From: a virus
Length of the DNA stretch: 64,000 nt
IMG/VR virus record: IMGVR_UViG_3300034418_011250
Coordinates: 1-64,000 of that record
Strand: one strand, 5' to 3'
Shown here: piece after piece, positions 27,520-37,416 of the stretch
Numbering within the stretch: position 1 is the first letter of the stretch
How the letters are laid out: each line of letters opens with the position of its first letter
The notes under the pieces: generated by a model
What the model was told of the DNA's origin: nothing
Databases searched by the model: none
Seen by the model: the letters and a program-made list of their open reading frames with translations, nothing else
Translations under genes and position numbers: made by a program

Positions 27520-28355
27520 TATTCGTTATCCACTAAAATGATGTCAAATGTTGTTGATATTTCTGAACCTGTTGAACATAATGCTCTTGCTTCTATATCT
27601 GTCTTTTCTAAAAATTTAAGAGGAATATTATAATCTCTTGTAAAATGTCCTCCTGGAACACACATTACATCTAGTGTTCTAAAAGCACCACCACCAAAAG
27701 GTTTAAACACTAACCATGCTGTACATTGGTCATTATATGCTCCAACACCAACATTCCATTGTGTCATGTATCCTGTTTTTCCTGCTGGTATGGTATAAAA
27801 TCCAGAGAAAGATTGACCTGTTCCATATACTGTTCCGCCACCCAAAGTATCAATAGTAGTAAGAACTTTTCCTAAACTGGCAGCATCTGATATTGATAGA
27901 GTTCCTACATTCGTACCAGTTGAACCAGATGTAACAACAAATGCACGAAACACTCTTAAAAATTGTACAGCACTTGGTGCACCACCTACAACAATGGTAT
28001 CTTCTACAGCAGTATAATTTGCATCTAATCCTTGAACGGTAACAGTTCTTGCACCAATTGCTGCTGCACCATCGCTTCCACTTGAACTATAACAATAAAC
28101 AATGGAAGGAGAAGAAAGATAAGAATAAACTCCACCACCTCCCCAAATGGTTTCTGGAGCACCACCAATTGAAGGATTTCTTCCAAATTTATGAATAACA
28201 GAATATCCTTCTAAATTTCCAGCTGCAATCACAACATTTGATGCTGCACCAAATGTGTTGATAATGTTTCCATCTTCATCGCTAATCATCACCACTTCAT
28301 GATTTGTGGTTTGTTGCGGAAGATAAGCCTGTGAGTATTTACTCCATTGTGCCAT
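27519..28355 (-). CDS. Probable virion structural protein
   Basis: KFGRNP, ETIW, GARTVTVQGLD, FLRVFR, YTIPAGKTGY, EKTDIE; Gly/Ser-rich beta protein. Confidence 0.6.
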   Translation of the reverse strand: MAQWSKYSQAYLPQQTTNHEVVMISDEDGNIINTFGAASNVVIAAGNLEGYSVIHKFGRNPSIGGAPETIWGGGGVYSYLSSPSIVYCYSSSGSDGAAAIGARTVTVQGLDANYTAVEDTIVVGGAPSAVQFLRVFRAFVVTSGSTGTNVGTLSISDAASLGKVLTTIDTLGGGTVYGTGQSFSGFYTIPAGKTGYMTQWNVGVGAYNDQCTAWLVFKPFGGGAFRTLDVMCVPGGHFTRDYNIPLKFLEKTDIEARALCSTGSEISTTFDIILVDNE

Positions 28356-28356
28356 A

Positions 28357-28590
28357 TTATTCTTTCTTTGATGCTCGCTTCTCTCTTGCAAGCATGATTC
28401 GTTTTACTAACTCTTTTACAATTTTTGTACGACCATCATATGTCATGTCTTTCTTTTTCTTTTTGTCAATCAATGGTCTATCCGGATTAGCAATTGCTGG
28501 ACCAGTTGAGTTGGTTGGTGCCTCTTCATTACGAATTCCTGATTTAGGATCACTGTAATATTTTTGCATTAGTTCTTGAAAAGAAATCAT
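28357..28590 (-). CDS. Hypothetical protein
   Basis: EEAPTNS ... YDGRTK. Confidence 0.6.
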   Translation of the reverse strand: MISFQELMQKYYSDPKSGIRNEEAPTNSTGPAIANPDRPLIDKKKKKDMTYDGRTKIVKELVKRIMLAREKRASKKE

Positions 28591-29165
28591 TTCTTAATCC
28601 TTATGTCATCTACTGAAACATATATTGGCTGATTTGTTCTTTTATGTATTGCTTCATAAATGTCAATTCCCAAAACATTATCAACAGGGCTGGCATCATT
28701 CTCAAAAATAATTCTATCACCAAATTTTGCTAATGTCTCAAAATCCGGAAGCATCATTTCTGATCTCAATTTATACTCACCAGAAGGAATGCTTCCGAAA
28801 TAATCTTCAGATATTTCAGAACTGAGATTATTATCTTTCATTATTTCTTCTAATAACATTTTCTGTATTTGATCAAAATCTTCTATTTGTTCTTTGAATG
28901 TGTCTTTTAAAAGAAATAATGCTGCTGCATATGTTCCAAGTCTTGTCCCCAATCCTGGAACCTTTCCCATCAATCTTTTGATATTAAAAATCAATTTATG
29001 AAGAATAGTGTAAGATGCTTTTTCTTCAGGTGTTTCTATTTCTTTTTCAGTTCTATAACCTTTATCATCAATAATACCATAGGTAAAAGCATCTTGTTTA
29101 TTAAATGGTTTTACTAATAATTTTATGAATCTGTATGTGACAAATAAATCTACTAATCTTCCCAT
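28587..29165 (-). CDS. Conserved T4-like hypothetical protein
   Basis: DLFVTYRFIKLL..PF...AF..GIID..G. Confidence 0.7.
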   Translation of the reverse strand: MGRLVDLFVTYRFIKLLVKPFNKQDAFTYGIIDDKGYRTEKEIETPEEKASYTILHKLIFNIKRLMGKVPGLGTRLGTYAAALFLLKDTFKEQIEDFDQIQKMLLEEIMKDNNLSSEISEDYFGSIPSGEYKLRSEMMLPDFETLAKFGDRIIFENDASPVDNVLGIDIYEAIHKRTNQPIYVSVDDIRIKK

Positions 29166-29528
29166 TTAAATTTTCTCTAATATGCTTTTTATTTTTTGAT
29201 TTATTGGTATTTCTTTTAGTTCGAATTCGTTTAACATGTTTAAATATAAAAGAAATGTTTTTAAATAGGACCAATATTTTTGTTCTATTCTAAAAAACAA
29301 AAGTGTTGTTCCTGCATCTACCCCAAAAAGATTGGTGATAATTATAATATGATTTAAAATCAGTCTTTCTTTTAAAATGCCTGATTCATCATATTTTGAA
29401 AATAATTTTTTGATGTAGGTGAAGCGTTTCATGTCATCATAAAACTCTTCTTCACCTACACACTGAGGATTATCGTAATGTTTTATTGCGAATAAAAGAA
29501 AATTTTCATTCGTTATCTTCTGAAACAT
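29166..29528 (-). CDS. Conserved T4-like hypothetical protein
   Basis: FAIKHYDNPQC, ERLILNHII, LKTFLLYL. Confidence 0.75.
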   Translation of the reverse strand: MFQKITNENFLLFAIKHYDNPQCVGEEEFYDDMKRFTYIKKLFSKYDESGILKERLILNHIIIITNLFGVDAGTTLLFFRIEQKYWSYLKTFLLYLNMLNEFELKEIPINQKIKSILEKI

Positions 29529-29673
29529 TACCTTCTTCTACATCATCGTTTAAAATCTTCACATTTTCTTCTTTTGGTTGCTCAACTGCTGGCTTGGGCG
29601 CTTCATCAACTACTGGTTTGGGCACTTTCTTTTCAACCATTGGCATACCATTTGCTGCATATCTTATTGCCAT
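29506..29673 (-). CDS. Hypothetical 55-aa protein
   Basis: Manual ORF MAIRYAANGMPMVEKK..., TAAGGA RBS. Confidence 0.5.
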   Translation of the reverse strand: MAIRYAANGMPMVEKKVPKPVVDEAPKPAVEQPKEENVKILNDDVEEGNVSEDNE

Positions 29674-29684
29674 GTATTTATTCC

Positions 29685-30143
29685 TTATGGATTAATTGTT
29701 GTTCCATAATTACTAATAACAATCCAATTTGAATTAGTAAATAAAAGAACAATAGTTTGTCCAACAGCAGTAAATGTAAATGAGGTTCCATTAGCAAAAT
29801 TTGTTGGTGTCACTTGCGCATCATCATCATGTCCTGTCATAGTAATAATTTTAATTTGGCCACGAGAGCCATCTGCAAGTGTATGAGTAGATGCAGAACC
29901 AGTCGACAATGAAGATGTATCAATTTCTGTTATAGATGTTATAAGATTAACTGGATCATTTGTTTGTATAATTGGTTGTGGAACCCCATCCAATCCAATC
30001 CATGTTGGAATGTTATTAAAAACATTGGCAACTGTCACTTTTTTGTTTACTGGGCTTCCACCCATGTCAATAACATGCAATAAATCTATACCTTCAATTC
30101 CATCTTGCAAATCTTCTAAAGCAGTAATTTTTTTATCAGCCAT
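29685..30143 (-). CDS. Virion structural (fibre/decoration-like) protein
   Basis: MADKKITAL, LADG..GQIKII. Confidence 0.6.
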   Translation of the reverse strand: MADKKITALEDLQDGIEGIDLLHVIDMGGSPVNKKVTVANVFNNIPTWIGLDGVPQPIIQTNDPVNLITSITEIDTSSLSTGSASTHTLADGSRGQIKIITMTGHDDDAQVTPTNFANGTSFTFTAVGQTIVLLFTNSNWIVISNYGTTINP

Positions 30144-30174
30144 TTATGTTATTCCTTTTAAATTATTTAAACCT

Positions 30175-30417
30175 TCAACTCAGTACTGCACTTACAGCAC
30201 TATTGTCTTGCGAAGGGATGCTACTTGCGGGACTCGCATCAAACATTTCTAAAAACACCTCGCATTGTTGTATTGCTCCAGAAAGAGCATAACTTTTAAT
30301 TGACAATTGAGTTTTTATTTTTTCAACATTTTCTAACTCTTTCTGGAGAGCTTCTTTTCTCTCTTCAATTTGCTCAATTGTCAATCCATTTTCCATAAAT
30401 TTACCATTCTTTTTCAT
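30175..30417 (-). CDS. Hypothetical coiled-coil protein
   Basis: ALSGAIQQCEVFL. Confidence 0.55.
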   Translation of the reverse strand: MKKNGKFMENGLTIEQIEERKEALQKELENVEKIKTQLSIKSYALSGAIQQCEVFLEMFDASPASSIPSQDNSAVSAVLS

Positions 30418-30424
30418 TCATACC

Positions 30425-30976
30425 TTATGCAGAAACTGTCAATGTCGAAGCAGAAGCAGCATGTGTTAGAATAGATGGCAATGTTGTTTGATAATCATAG
30501 ATTGTTCCACTATTCAATGCTACTGCATTTGTTCCAATACTCAATACATCATTTTCTGCTACAGGCAATGTTCCATTTCCACCTGTGGCAGTAAATGTTA
30601 CTCTATTTCTTGTATGTGATGCATAATCAAGAGTAAATGTAGATGTAGCGCCTGTGCTATTGACAGTGACTTGCGGTGTTCCAGTAATATCAACTCTTTC
30701 ATTGAATGTTACAACCACAGATACAGTTCCACCATTTAATTCACTGTAAGCAGAAGCTGCTGAAAATTCAATAGCAGAAATATTTGCTGCACCCAATCCA
30801 GCAGTTGCACTGGTTCCACCAGCCAATCCACCGATTGCTACAATTACTTCTTCCAATCCCTTTCCATTCAATTGTACCCAACCACGATCAGTTGCATACA
30901 CATTTTTCTTTTGCTCATCTGTCAACCATTTAGGCTTTGCCTCGTCGACATTTGCCGTTGTTCCCCATAGTGCCAT
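30425..30976 (-). CDS. Virion structural protein (Ig-like)
   Basis: MALWG start, VTFNERVDITGTP; AATAAATA at 31010-31017. Confidence 0.6.
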   Translation of the reverse strand: MALWGTTANVDEAKPKWLTDEQKKNVYATDRGWVQLNGKGLEEVIVAIGGLAGGTSATAGLGAANISAIEFSAASAYSELNGGTVSVVVTFNERVDITGTPQVTVNSTGATSTFTLDYASHTRNRVTFTATGGNGTLPVAENDVLSIGTNAVALNSGTIYDYQTTLPSILTHAASASTLTVSA

Positions 30977-31012
30977 TTTAATTTCTCCTTAAGAAATATG
31001 CTTTGGTTATAT

Positions 31013-32053
31013 TTATTTGTTTTCAACTCTTATCTGAGACCATGGTTTGCCTGTCATGGTTTTTTGTCCAGATTCTTCCGTTTTGACTCCATACTTTTTC
31101 ATATATTTTTTAACAACTTTTTCCATATCAGGAGTGCCAACACCTCTAAAGGAATCAACATTCTTTCCTTTGTAATAAACATCACCCAAATTACTTTTAT
31201 CATTATATGTAACATACATATCATCACTTACATGATACATAGTCTTTTGGAAACCAGATGCACCAGATGTTGAAGTTTTGACATCCATTCCCATAATCTT
31301 TTTCATTGCTGATTTCATATCACCTTCTTGAATAGATTTATTTTTTGATTCAGCCACCACACCTTTATTTGAGGATTTACATTTCGGACAAAATCCTTTA
31401 TTTTTTTTCCAAGCAGCTTCAGTTGAAACTTCATCACATTCAACACATGCGATTTTTTTAACTGCTTCACTAACCATTTCGTTTTTAGCCTTATAATTGG
31501 CATCAACATAATTGAAAAACTTCTTTCTCAATTCATCAGTTTTCAACTCAGATGGAGAACTAATATTAAATTTTTTCATTGCAGCGTCAAATACTTTTCT
31601 GTATGCAGCAACATTTGTTGATGTATCGGTAGTTTTTGGATTACTGCTTGTTGAATAAGCCTCTTCAACTGATTCTTTTTTTGATTGTTCTGCTTTACGA
31701 ATCATAAGTTTAAGTGATTGTGAAGAAGTTCCACTAGGCGCTTTTTTACCAGTTAATTTTTCATACTTATCTACTAGATCTTGATGTCTTACCTTTTCAT
31801 CAATCATATTCTCTTCTTTTTTCATTGGTAGTCCTTTGTGTTTTGTTTTTGCAAAATCTTCTAAATCCTTTTCACTCATATTCATCATTTCCTTTGCTGG
31901 ACCTTCCAATTTAGAAGGATCAATTTCACCTCGTTTTGCAGCAAGTGCAATCCCAGCAGCTTTCTGTTGTGCAACAGAAACTGATTTTTCTTGAATGTTT
32001 TTTACGATGGAGTCTTCAAGACTGCCTTCTATGATTTCAAAATACCGTGACAT
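31013..32053 (-). CDS. Probable internal head protein with DUF3008-like domain
   Basis: SVSVAQQKAAGIALAAKRGE...SEKDLEDFAKTKHKGLP; multiple (I/V)xE linkers. Confidence 0.6.
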   Translation of the reverse strand: MSRYFEIIEGSLEDSIVKNIQEKSVSVAQQKAAGIALAAKRGEIDPSKLEGPAKEMMNMSEKDLEDFAKTKHKGLPMKKEENMIDEKVRHQDLVDKYEKLTGKKAPSGTSSQSLKLMIRKAEQSKKESVEEAYSTSSNPKTTDTSTNVAAYRKVFDAAMKKFNISSPSELKTDELRKKFFNYVDANYKAKNEMVSEAVKKIACVECDEVSTEAAWKKNKGFCPKCKSSNKGVVAESKNKSIQEGDMKSAMKKIMGMDVKTSTSGASGFQKTMYHVSDDMYVTYNDKSNLGDVYYKGKNVDSFRGVGTPDMEKVVKKYMKKYGVKTEESGQKTMTGKPWSQIRVENK

Positions 32054-32054
32054 T

Positions 32055-32462
32055 TTATGCTCCTTGTTTTCTATCTTGTAAAGTGTCTAAGGTTTGTTGT
32101 AACGCAGCAATTCTTGACTTGACTTGTGCAATTTGTTTGTCTAATTGCACTGCTCTATTATCTGCCTTTGGATCTTCTTGTTCTGTCACAGTTCCTTCTG
32201 ACTCCATATAGTCTCTTACACTATCCAAATAGTCAACACTTTTTGTGATCTTGGATTGAACCCACTCTGGAAGATTGGTATCATCCTTAATAATATTCAT
32301 GAGAGAGTCGATGGCGCTCTGTGCAGTTTTCAGTTGACTGATTGCCATTGAACCTTCTCCATCATACTCGTCTTTTTTAGAAGGGTCAAGTTTTTCTTTG
32401 ATGCTTATTTCGTTTTCATGAACTTGTTTCATGAGTTCGTACATCGATGTATATTTCACCAT
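32055..32462 (-). CDS. Probable internal head protein
   Basis: EYDGEGSMA..QL, LPEWVQSKIT. Confidence 0.6.
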   Translation of the reverse strand: MVKYTSMYELMKQVHENEISIKEKLDPSKKDEYDGEGSMAISQLKTAQSAIDSLMNIIKDDTNLPEWVQSKITKSVDYLDSVRDYMESEGTVTEQEDPKADNRAVQLDKQIAQVKSRIAALQQTLDTLQDRKQGA

Positions 32463-32752
32463 TCTTGTTTTTCCTCTATGTCTAGAATGAGTTCACCTTG
32501 TCCTTTGATGATGCGATGATAATCCATCTTTTTTATAATATAAGTTTTACCTTTGACCAATTCTTCTGGCAATTTATTATCCATCTGCAACTTCCAACCT
32601 TCTCCCTTGACAACAGAAACCACTCTATCTTGTTTATCTCTATGCCATACTAATTCTTCTTCTTTAATATCACCAGAAAATACTCTTAAAAAATGATCTT
32701 GATTAAACCGATCAATGTGTATTTCTGTATATTGATTCATGTTCATAACCAA
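32456..32752 (-). CDS. Cupin-like small protein
   Basis: ELVWHRD ... YHRIIKG. Confidence 0.6.
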   Translation of the reverse strand: MVMNMNQYTEIHIDRFNQDHFLRVFSGDIKEEELVWHRDKQDRVVSVVKGEGWKLQMDNKLPEELVKGKTYIIKKMDYHRIIKGQGELILDIEEKQEW

Positions 32753-33933
32753 TCTTTAACATTAACAAACACATTAGTTTTTCCTTGCGCAGCCTTTCCT
32801 CCAGTATCAGTAAATGTTATGGTCGCCTTTAATAATGTCTCACCATTAATTGCTGTAAACATAATATTACCATTATTTGTATTTCCATTTCTTTCAATAT
32901 TAATAACAAATCCTTTATTCAATTCATTTATTATTTTTTTAAATTCTGCGCTTCTCCTTGAGGATAATAATTTTTGATTTTTTCCCTTTCCAATTGAAGC
33001 GTAAAAATCATCAGAACTATCTAAACCAAGAAGAAATAACATTCTTTTATTCAATCTTTCTTTATTTTTTGAATAATGTTGTTTAAATATTTTTGACATT
33101 AATTCAATAACATCACCATGAGTGGCCTTTGCTTCTTTTCTAGCTGCAGCTTTATCCATTCCAGATTGCATTTTATTGCCAATAATATTTTGAAAATCAA
33201 GTATTTTATCAATATCAGATTTAGATCCAAAATCTTTTACAAATTTTTCAACAAACTCAGAAGTGCTTGTTGGCAATGATTTTGGGTCTTCATAAAATAA
33301 TGTTTTAAATAATGAAATATATGTACTATTAGCTAAATTAATATTAGTAGATTGATATGCTTTAAGAGAAGCAACAATCGAATCAACTACATTTTTTGGA
33401 CTTTCTTTATATACATGAAGAATTAAATCTGCCTTTGTTGTACCCTTTCCAGAGTCTCCCGTCATTTCAATATCAAATGTGAGAAACATTGGATCTTCAC
33501 CATTAAAACTTATATCACCAACAATTCCCTTTGCAAGAGTTTGTCCCGCAAAATCCATTCTTTCCAACTCCTTTGTTGGTGCACCTAATCGGTTTAACTC
33601 ATTTCTCATTTTATCATATACAGCTGTTGTAACTGATGATTTAGAACGATTAGTTAAATTGTATCCATTTCCTTCCATCAAATCAGACATATATTTGGCA
33701 GTAGAATATTCTGACAAATATCCTAATCTGGATTTCAAATCAATCGTTTCATTAGCAGCTTCAAAAACTTTTTTGGGAATTTGTTTACTAATATTAATGC
33801 TAATCTTTTTTCCAAATTTTAATTTTGAAAATGCACGTTTAATTAAATTACTAACTGCTCTTCCAATTTTTTTAAAAAAATCAAAAAAACCTTCATCTAT
33901 TTGATTTTGATTATATTGCTTGAATGTTAACAT
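32743..33933 (-). CDS. Probable internal head protein, possible PD-(D/E)xK fold
   Basis: MLTFKQY...IDEG; KADL...SLK motif. Confidence 0.45.
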   Translation of the reverse strand: MLTFKQYNQNQIDEGFFDFFKKIGRAVSNLIKRAFSKLKFGKKISINISKQIPKKVFEAANETIDLKSRLGYLSEYSTAKYMSDLMEGNGYNLTNRSKSSVTTAVYDKMRNELNRLGAPTKELERMDFAGQTLAKGIVGDISFNGEDPMFLTFDIEMTGDSGKGTTKADLILHVYKESPKNVVDSIVASLKAYQSTNINLANSTYISLFKTLFYEDPKSLPTSTSEFVEKFVKDFGSKSDIDKILDFQNIIGNKMQSGMDKAAARKEAKATHGDVIELMSKIFKQHYSKNKERLNKRMLFLLGLDSSDDFYASIGKGKNQKLLSSRRSAEFKKIINELNKGFVINIERNGNTNNGNIMFTAINGETLLKATITFTDTGGKAAQGKTNVFVNVKDWL

Positions 33934-33939
33934 ATATTT

Positions 33940-34461
33940 TTACCAGAAAAAATTTCCGCCTCCTGAAAGTCCTAGTTGTTTAGCATATCGAGGAAGATTG
34001 CATGCCCAATAAGCAGCTGTTGTTCTATCTTTTTGTTGATCACATTTATGCCTTGCAGCAAAACTCTTTCTTGCTTCTGGATCATCAATTTTTACTTTTA
34101 ATCCAGTCGTGTCACCCCACGTGACTTTTTTCACATTTCCAGTTTTTGGATCCTTAACATATACATAATATTTTTTTGGACCACCTTTTTTGGGTTTATT
34201 CAATTCAACATCCTTTTCTTCCTCAATCATTGGACAATCTAATGGAACATGATTACCTTCATAAACTGCAAATTTACCAATATCTGTTTCTAAAATTTGT
34301 TTATCAATACTAGATACATCATGTAACATATTATTTTCATACAATTTTCTATATGCATTAAATACTTCAAAATATTTTTCAGATCCTACACGGTAAATAT
34401 TTGATTCTATAATTGATGATTGGAACTCATCATTTTCTATGAATTCTTTGAATTCAAACAT
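33940..34461 (-). CDS. Conserved hypothetical (probable internal head) protein
   Basis: LNKP...KKYYVYVK...WGD...RKSFAARHKC...YWAC. Confidence 0.65.
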   Translation of the reverse strand: MFEFKEFIENDEFQSSIIESNIYRVGSEKYFEVFNAYRKLYENNMLHDVSSIDKQILETDIGKFAVYEGNHVPLDCPMIEEEKDVELNKPKKGGPKKYYVYVKDPKTGNVKKVTWGDTTGLKVKIDDPEARKSFAARHKCDQQKDRTTAAYWACNLPRYAKQLGLSGGGNFFW

Positions 34462-34463
34462 TT

Positions 34464-35744
34464 TTATCCTTTATGTTGTTTCCAAAGATCAGCATCAGCT
34501 GTTGTTCTTGTTTTTCCACCTGTAATAAAACTATTTACACGAGCATGTCCCCATTGTTCGGGAGTTGTTCCTGGACGATGCCCTGTTCTCCATGCGGCAA
34601 CACCACGTTTAAATACTTTTGTAAGAATTCCAACAGCAATCCCAGATGCCTTTGCTTTCTTTTCTAATGATGAATCTGCAGATTCATCATATAGTTCTGG
34701 ATACTTTTTCTTGACTGCTTGAGTATATTTGGATGGTTTCGTTTCCGCAGTCTTATCTCCAGGAGCAGGTTTATAAGCAGATGGATCATTGTCATCTTTT
34801 TCTGCACCTTTCTCAAAATGTCTGGCTCTTGCTGCCTTTGTTGACTTAGACATCTCATCACCATCAGCATCTTTTGCATAATATTTTGCTGGTTGAGATC
34901 CTTCTCGATCCTTAATATCAGAATCTTGTTTTACTTCTCTTAATTCAAACAACCAATTCTTATGAATGGTTCCATCAGCTTCAGCAAATACCAAATAATT
35001 TGTGCCTCTTCTTACAACTTTACCATATGCTCCAGTATTAATATCTTCAACAATATCTCCGATATTAAAAATCTTTCCATTCACATATGCATCTCTTAGT
35101 TTATGATCATCAGTTGTTTCTGCTACTCTGTTAATAAATGATTCTTTTACTCCCATTGCCATTCTTACATCATCAAACAATTTCTTTCCATCACCAAATC
35201 CTTTTGGCAATCCTTTAGAAAAAGAATTAAAGTCGTTTGATGCTGCAGCTGCTCGCATCTTAGATGCTGACATTCCTGTTACACCTTCAGAATCAGGATC
35301 TCTTTCACCAGCTGAAACGATTTCTAGTTTATTGAATTTGTAATAACCATGTCTTGCTTCAACGCCATTGTATTTAGACAAAAGTTCTGTGAATTGTTTA
35401 ACACGATCACCACCAACTACCATGATGCAACTGGTGTAACCTTTTTTATGTAAGGATACAGCAACATCAATTGGTGTTTTATCAGTGGCAGAAGCTATAA
35501 TGTTAGAAGAGTATTTTGGAAACATCTTCTTCATATATGCTATCTTCTTAGCATATGGTAGTGGATCTTTTGTTGGCGATTCAGAGTGGGAAGCGTAGAT
35601 GAAAAAGTCAGCATTGTTTTTACTTGCAACAGATGCTACTTTTTTTAATAACTTTTCATGCCCGATAGTCGGTGGGTTAAATCTGCCAAAAGTGAAGAGT
35701 GCTGTCTTCTCACTTGCTTCCATGAAATCAAAAAACTTTTGCAT
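34464..35744 (-). CDS. Cytidylyltransferase-like (HxGH nucleotidyltransferase) multidomain protein
   Basis: FGRFNPPTIGHEKL, VVGGDRV, SAGERDPD, MSASKMR. Confidence 0.85.
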   Translation of the reverse strand: MQKFFDFMEASEKTALFTFGRFNPPTIGHEKLLKKVASVASKNNADFFIYASHSESPTKDPLPYAKKIAYMKKMFPKYSSNIIASATDKTPIDVAVSLHKKGYTSCIMVVGGDRVKQFTELLSKYNGVEARHGYYKFNKLEIVSAGERDPDSEGVTGMSASKMRAAAASNDFNSFSKGLPKGFGDGKKLFDDVRMAMGVKESFINRVAETTDDHKLRDAYVNGKIFNIGDIVEDINTGAYGKVVRRGTNYLVFAEADGTIHKNWLFELREVKQDSDIKDREGSQPAKYYAKDADGDEMSKSTKAARARHFEKGAEKDDNDPSAYKPAPGDKTAETKPSKYTQAVKKKYPELYDESADSSLEKKAKASGIAVGILTKVFKRGVAAWRTGHRPGTTPEQWGHARVNSFITGGKTRTTADADLWKQHKG

Positions 35745-35747
35745 GTT

Positions 35748-36143
35748 TTATTCCTTGCTGGATTTCTTTTGACTAATTCTTTCCATTTCTTGTTTTTTCA
35801 AAACAGGAATCATTTTCAATGCCATCTTTTTAATAGCAGCAGATTTACTTTCAATTTTTTTGTCAATTGCTACCTTTTCTTGTGGTGATTTTGCCAAGTA
35901 ATCAGATTTACTTAATCCTGTTAATTTTTCAATAACTTTTATCTTAGCTATTTTCATGGCACGTTTCAACAAATCTTCTTTTGAAGATATTTTTGCCATC
36001 TTCTTTTCTCTTTTCTTTTGAAAAGCTGATGTTTTAGCCATTTTAGCCATTCGTATTGCTGCTTTTTTCCTCTGAGCAACACTCATGGTTTTCTTTTCAT
36101 TAAGTTCTTCTAATAATTCTTTAAATTTTTTCATTTGTCCCAA
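35748..36143 (-). CDS. Highly basic probable internal head protein
   Basis: MKKFKELLEELNE; Lys/Arg rich. Confidence 0.6.
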   Translation of the reverse strand: MGQMKKFKELLEELNEKKTMSVAQRKKAAIRMAKMAKTSAFQKKREKKMAKISSKEDLLKRAMKIAKIKVIEKLTGLSKSDYLAKSPQEKVAIDKKIESKSAAIKKMALKMIPVLKKQEMERISQKKSSKE

Positions 36144-37375
36144 CTTTTTATAGCAGTAAAGTTATTAAAGGAAAATTCCATTCTATCTACAATCTTAACT
36201 GCTTCACCAGTAATTCTATCAATAGCTACATATCCCTCTGGAGTAGTAACTTTAAATCCATTAGCAGTCTTTATAAATGTGTCAGTCAACTGTTTAATAC
36301 TATTTAGTTTTTTGAGAATTTCTAGTTTTGCAAACACCAAATAATTCTGAAAAGTAATCAACTGTTCTATGTTATTAATATGTTTTTTCAACTCACGAAT
36401 CGTTTCGTCTTTTTTATTTTGTAGAACTTGTTTATTTTTTTCTGTTTTTAATTTGTCAATGTTTTTCTGAAACGCATTATCTACCCATTCCAAATATCCT
36501 TGAGCATGTGCTCTAGGATTCGAGATTGTCTCTCCTGCTCTTACCTTTGAATTATTATAAGTCTTCAATGATGCTCCGACCATATTTCCTGTAAATGAAT
36601 TCTGCATGTCCAGAAAACTTCTAAACAATGGAGCATTTATTTTATGAAAAGTTTTTCCAGCATTCGAAACATGTCCTGTCAATACATCAGTTTCTGCTTT
36701 TGTCATTACAGCTGAACCAGAAACATCTTTATATGTTGCATCATCCATCCAAACTGATGATATTTTATTTAGTTTCGAAATATTTGCGCCAAAACTGGCA
36801 GACATATCTTGTAATGCATTTCCTGTGTAAGTTGTATGCCATACAACTCCAATTTTGGAAATGGCAATTTTCTTTCCTAACTCAGAATTAATCGGAACCG
36901 CATATACAATAGTATTAGGCTGAAAAGTATAATACTTGACACCATCAATAGTTTCTCGTTTGATGTCGTCAGTAAACATCAAGTCTCCCTGAAGAACACC
37001 TTTGATTCCAAGTTTTGGAAATTCCTCAAGTGCAACTTTAAATTTTTTGTTCAGAGAACCTTTTATATCATCATCAATTTCTTGATTTGTTTTATAAAGT
37101 TTTGGAGTTGCATTGAAAACAGATTTCTTGGCTACAAAAAATTTGCCATCAGAAGGATCGATGCCTGCAAAAATAGCAGGAGCACCATCCCATTTGACAG
37201 TCATATTAATAGAAGATCTTGATCCACCTGCAAGCATATCACGCAGTGATCTTAAGAAATTAATTGCAGCACGACCACCATCAATACCAAAATTGATTAT
37301 TTGATCTTCGATGTGTTCCAAATGCAGATTTTTATTTTCTTTTCCTTCAGCCAGAAAATCATTAAAATTTATCAA
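36131..37375 (-). CDS. Ligase-like nucleotidyltransferase (DUF6267-like)
   Basis: KNLHLEHIED, TVKWDG (motif I-like), QGDLMF, PEGYV, KIVDR; TTG start after GGAG. Confidence 0.65.
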   Translation of the reverse strand: MINFNDFLAEGKENKNLHLEHIEDQIINFGIDGGRAAINFLRSLRDMLAGGSRSSINMTVKWDGAPAIFAGIDPSDGKFFVAKKSVFNATPKLYKTNQEIDDDIKGSLNKKFKVALEEFPKLGIKGVLQGDLMFTDDIKRETIDGVKYYTFQPNTIVYAVPINSELGKKIAISKIGVVWHTTYTGNALQDMSASFGANISKLNKISSVWMDDATYKDVSGSAVMTKAETDVLTGHVSNAGKTFHKINAPLFRSFLDMQNSFTGNMVGASLKTYNNSKVRAGETISNPRAHAQGYLEWVDNAFQKNIDKLKTEKNKQVLQNKKDETIRELKKHINNIEQLITFQNYLVFAKLEILKKLNSIKQLTDTFIKTANGFKVTTPEGYVAIDRITGEAVKIVDRMEFSFNNFTAIKSWDK

Positions 37376-37404
37376 ATCTATCTCCAAATTCTCTTATATC
37401 AAAA

Positions 37405-37412
37405 TATTTATA
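37405..37412 (-). promoter_or_regulatory. Late promoter TATAAATA heading the late gene block
   Basis: Exact motif in gap after gp41. Confidence 0.75.
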
Positions 37413-37416
37413 ATGA

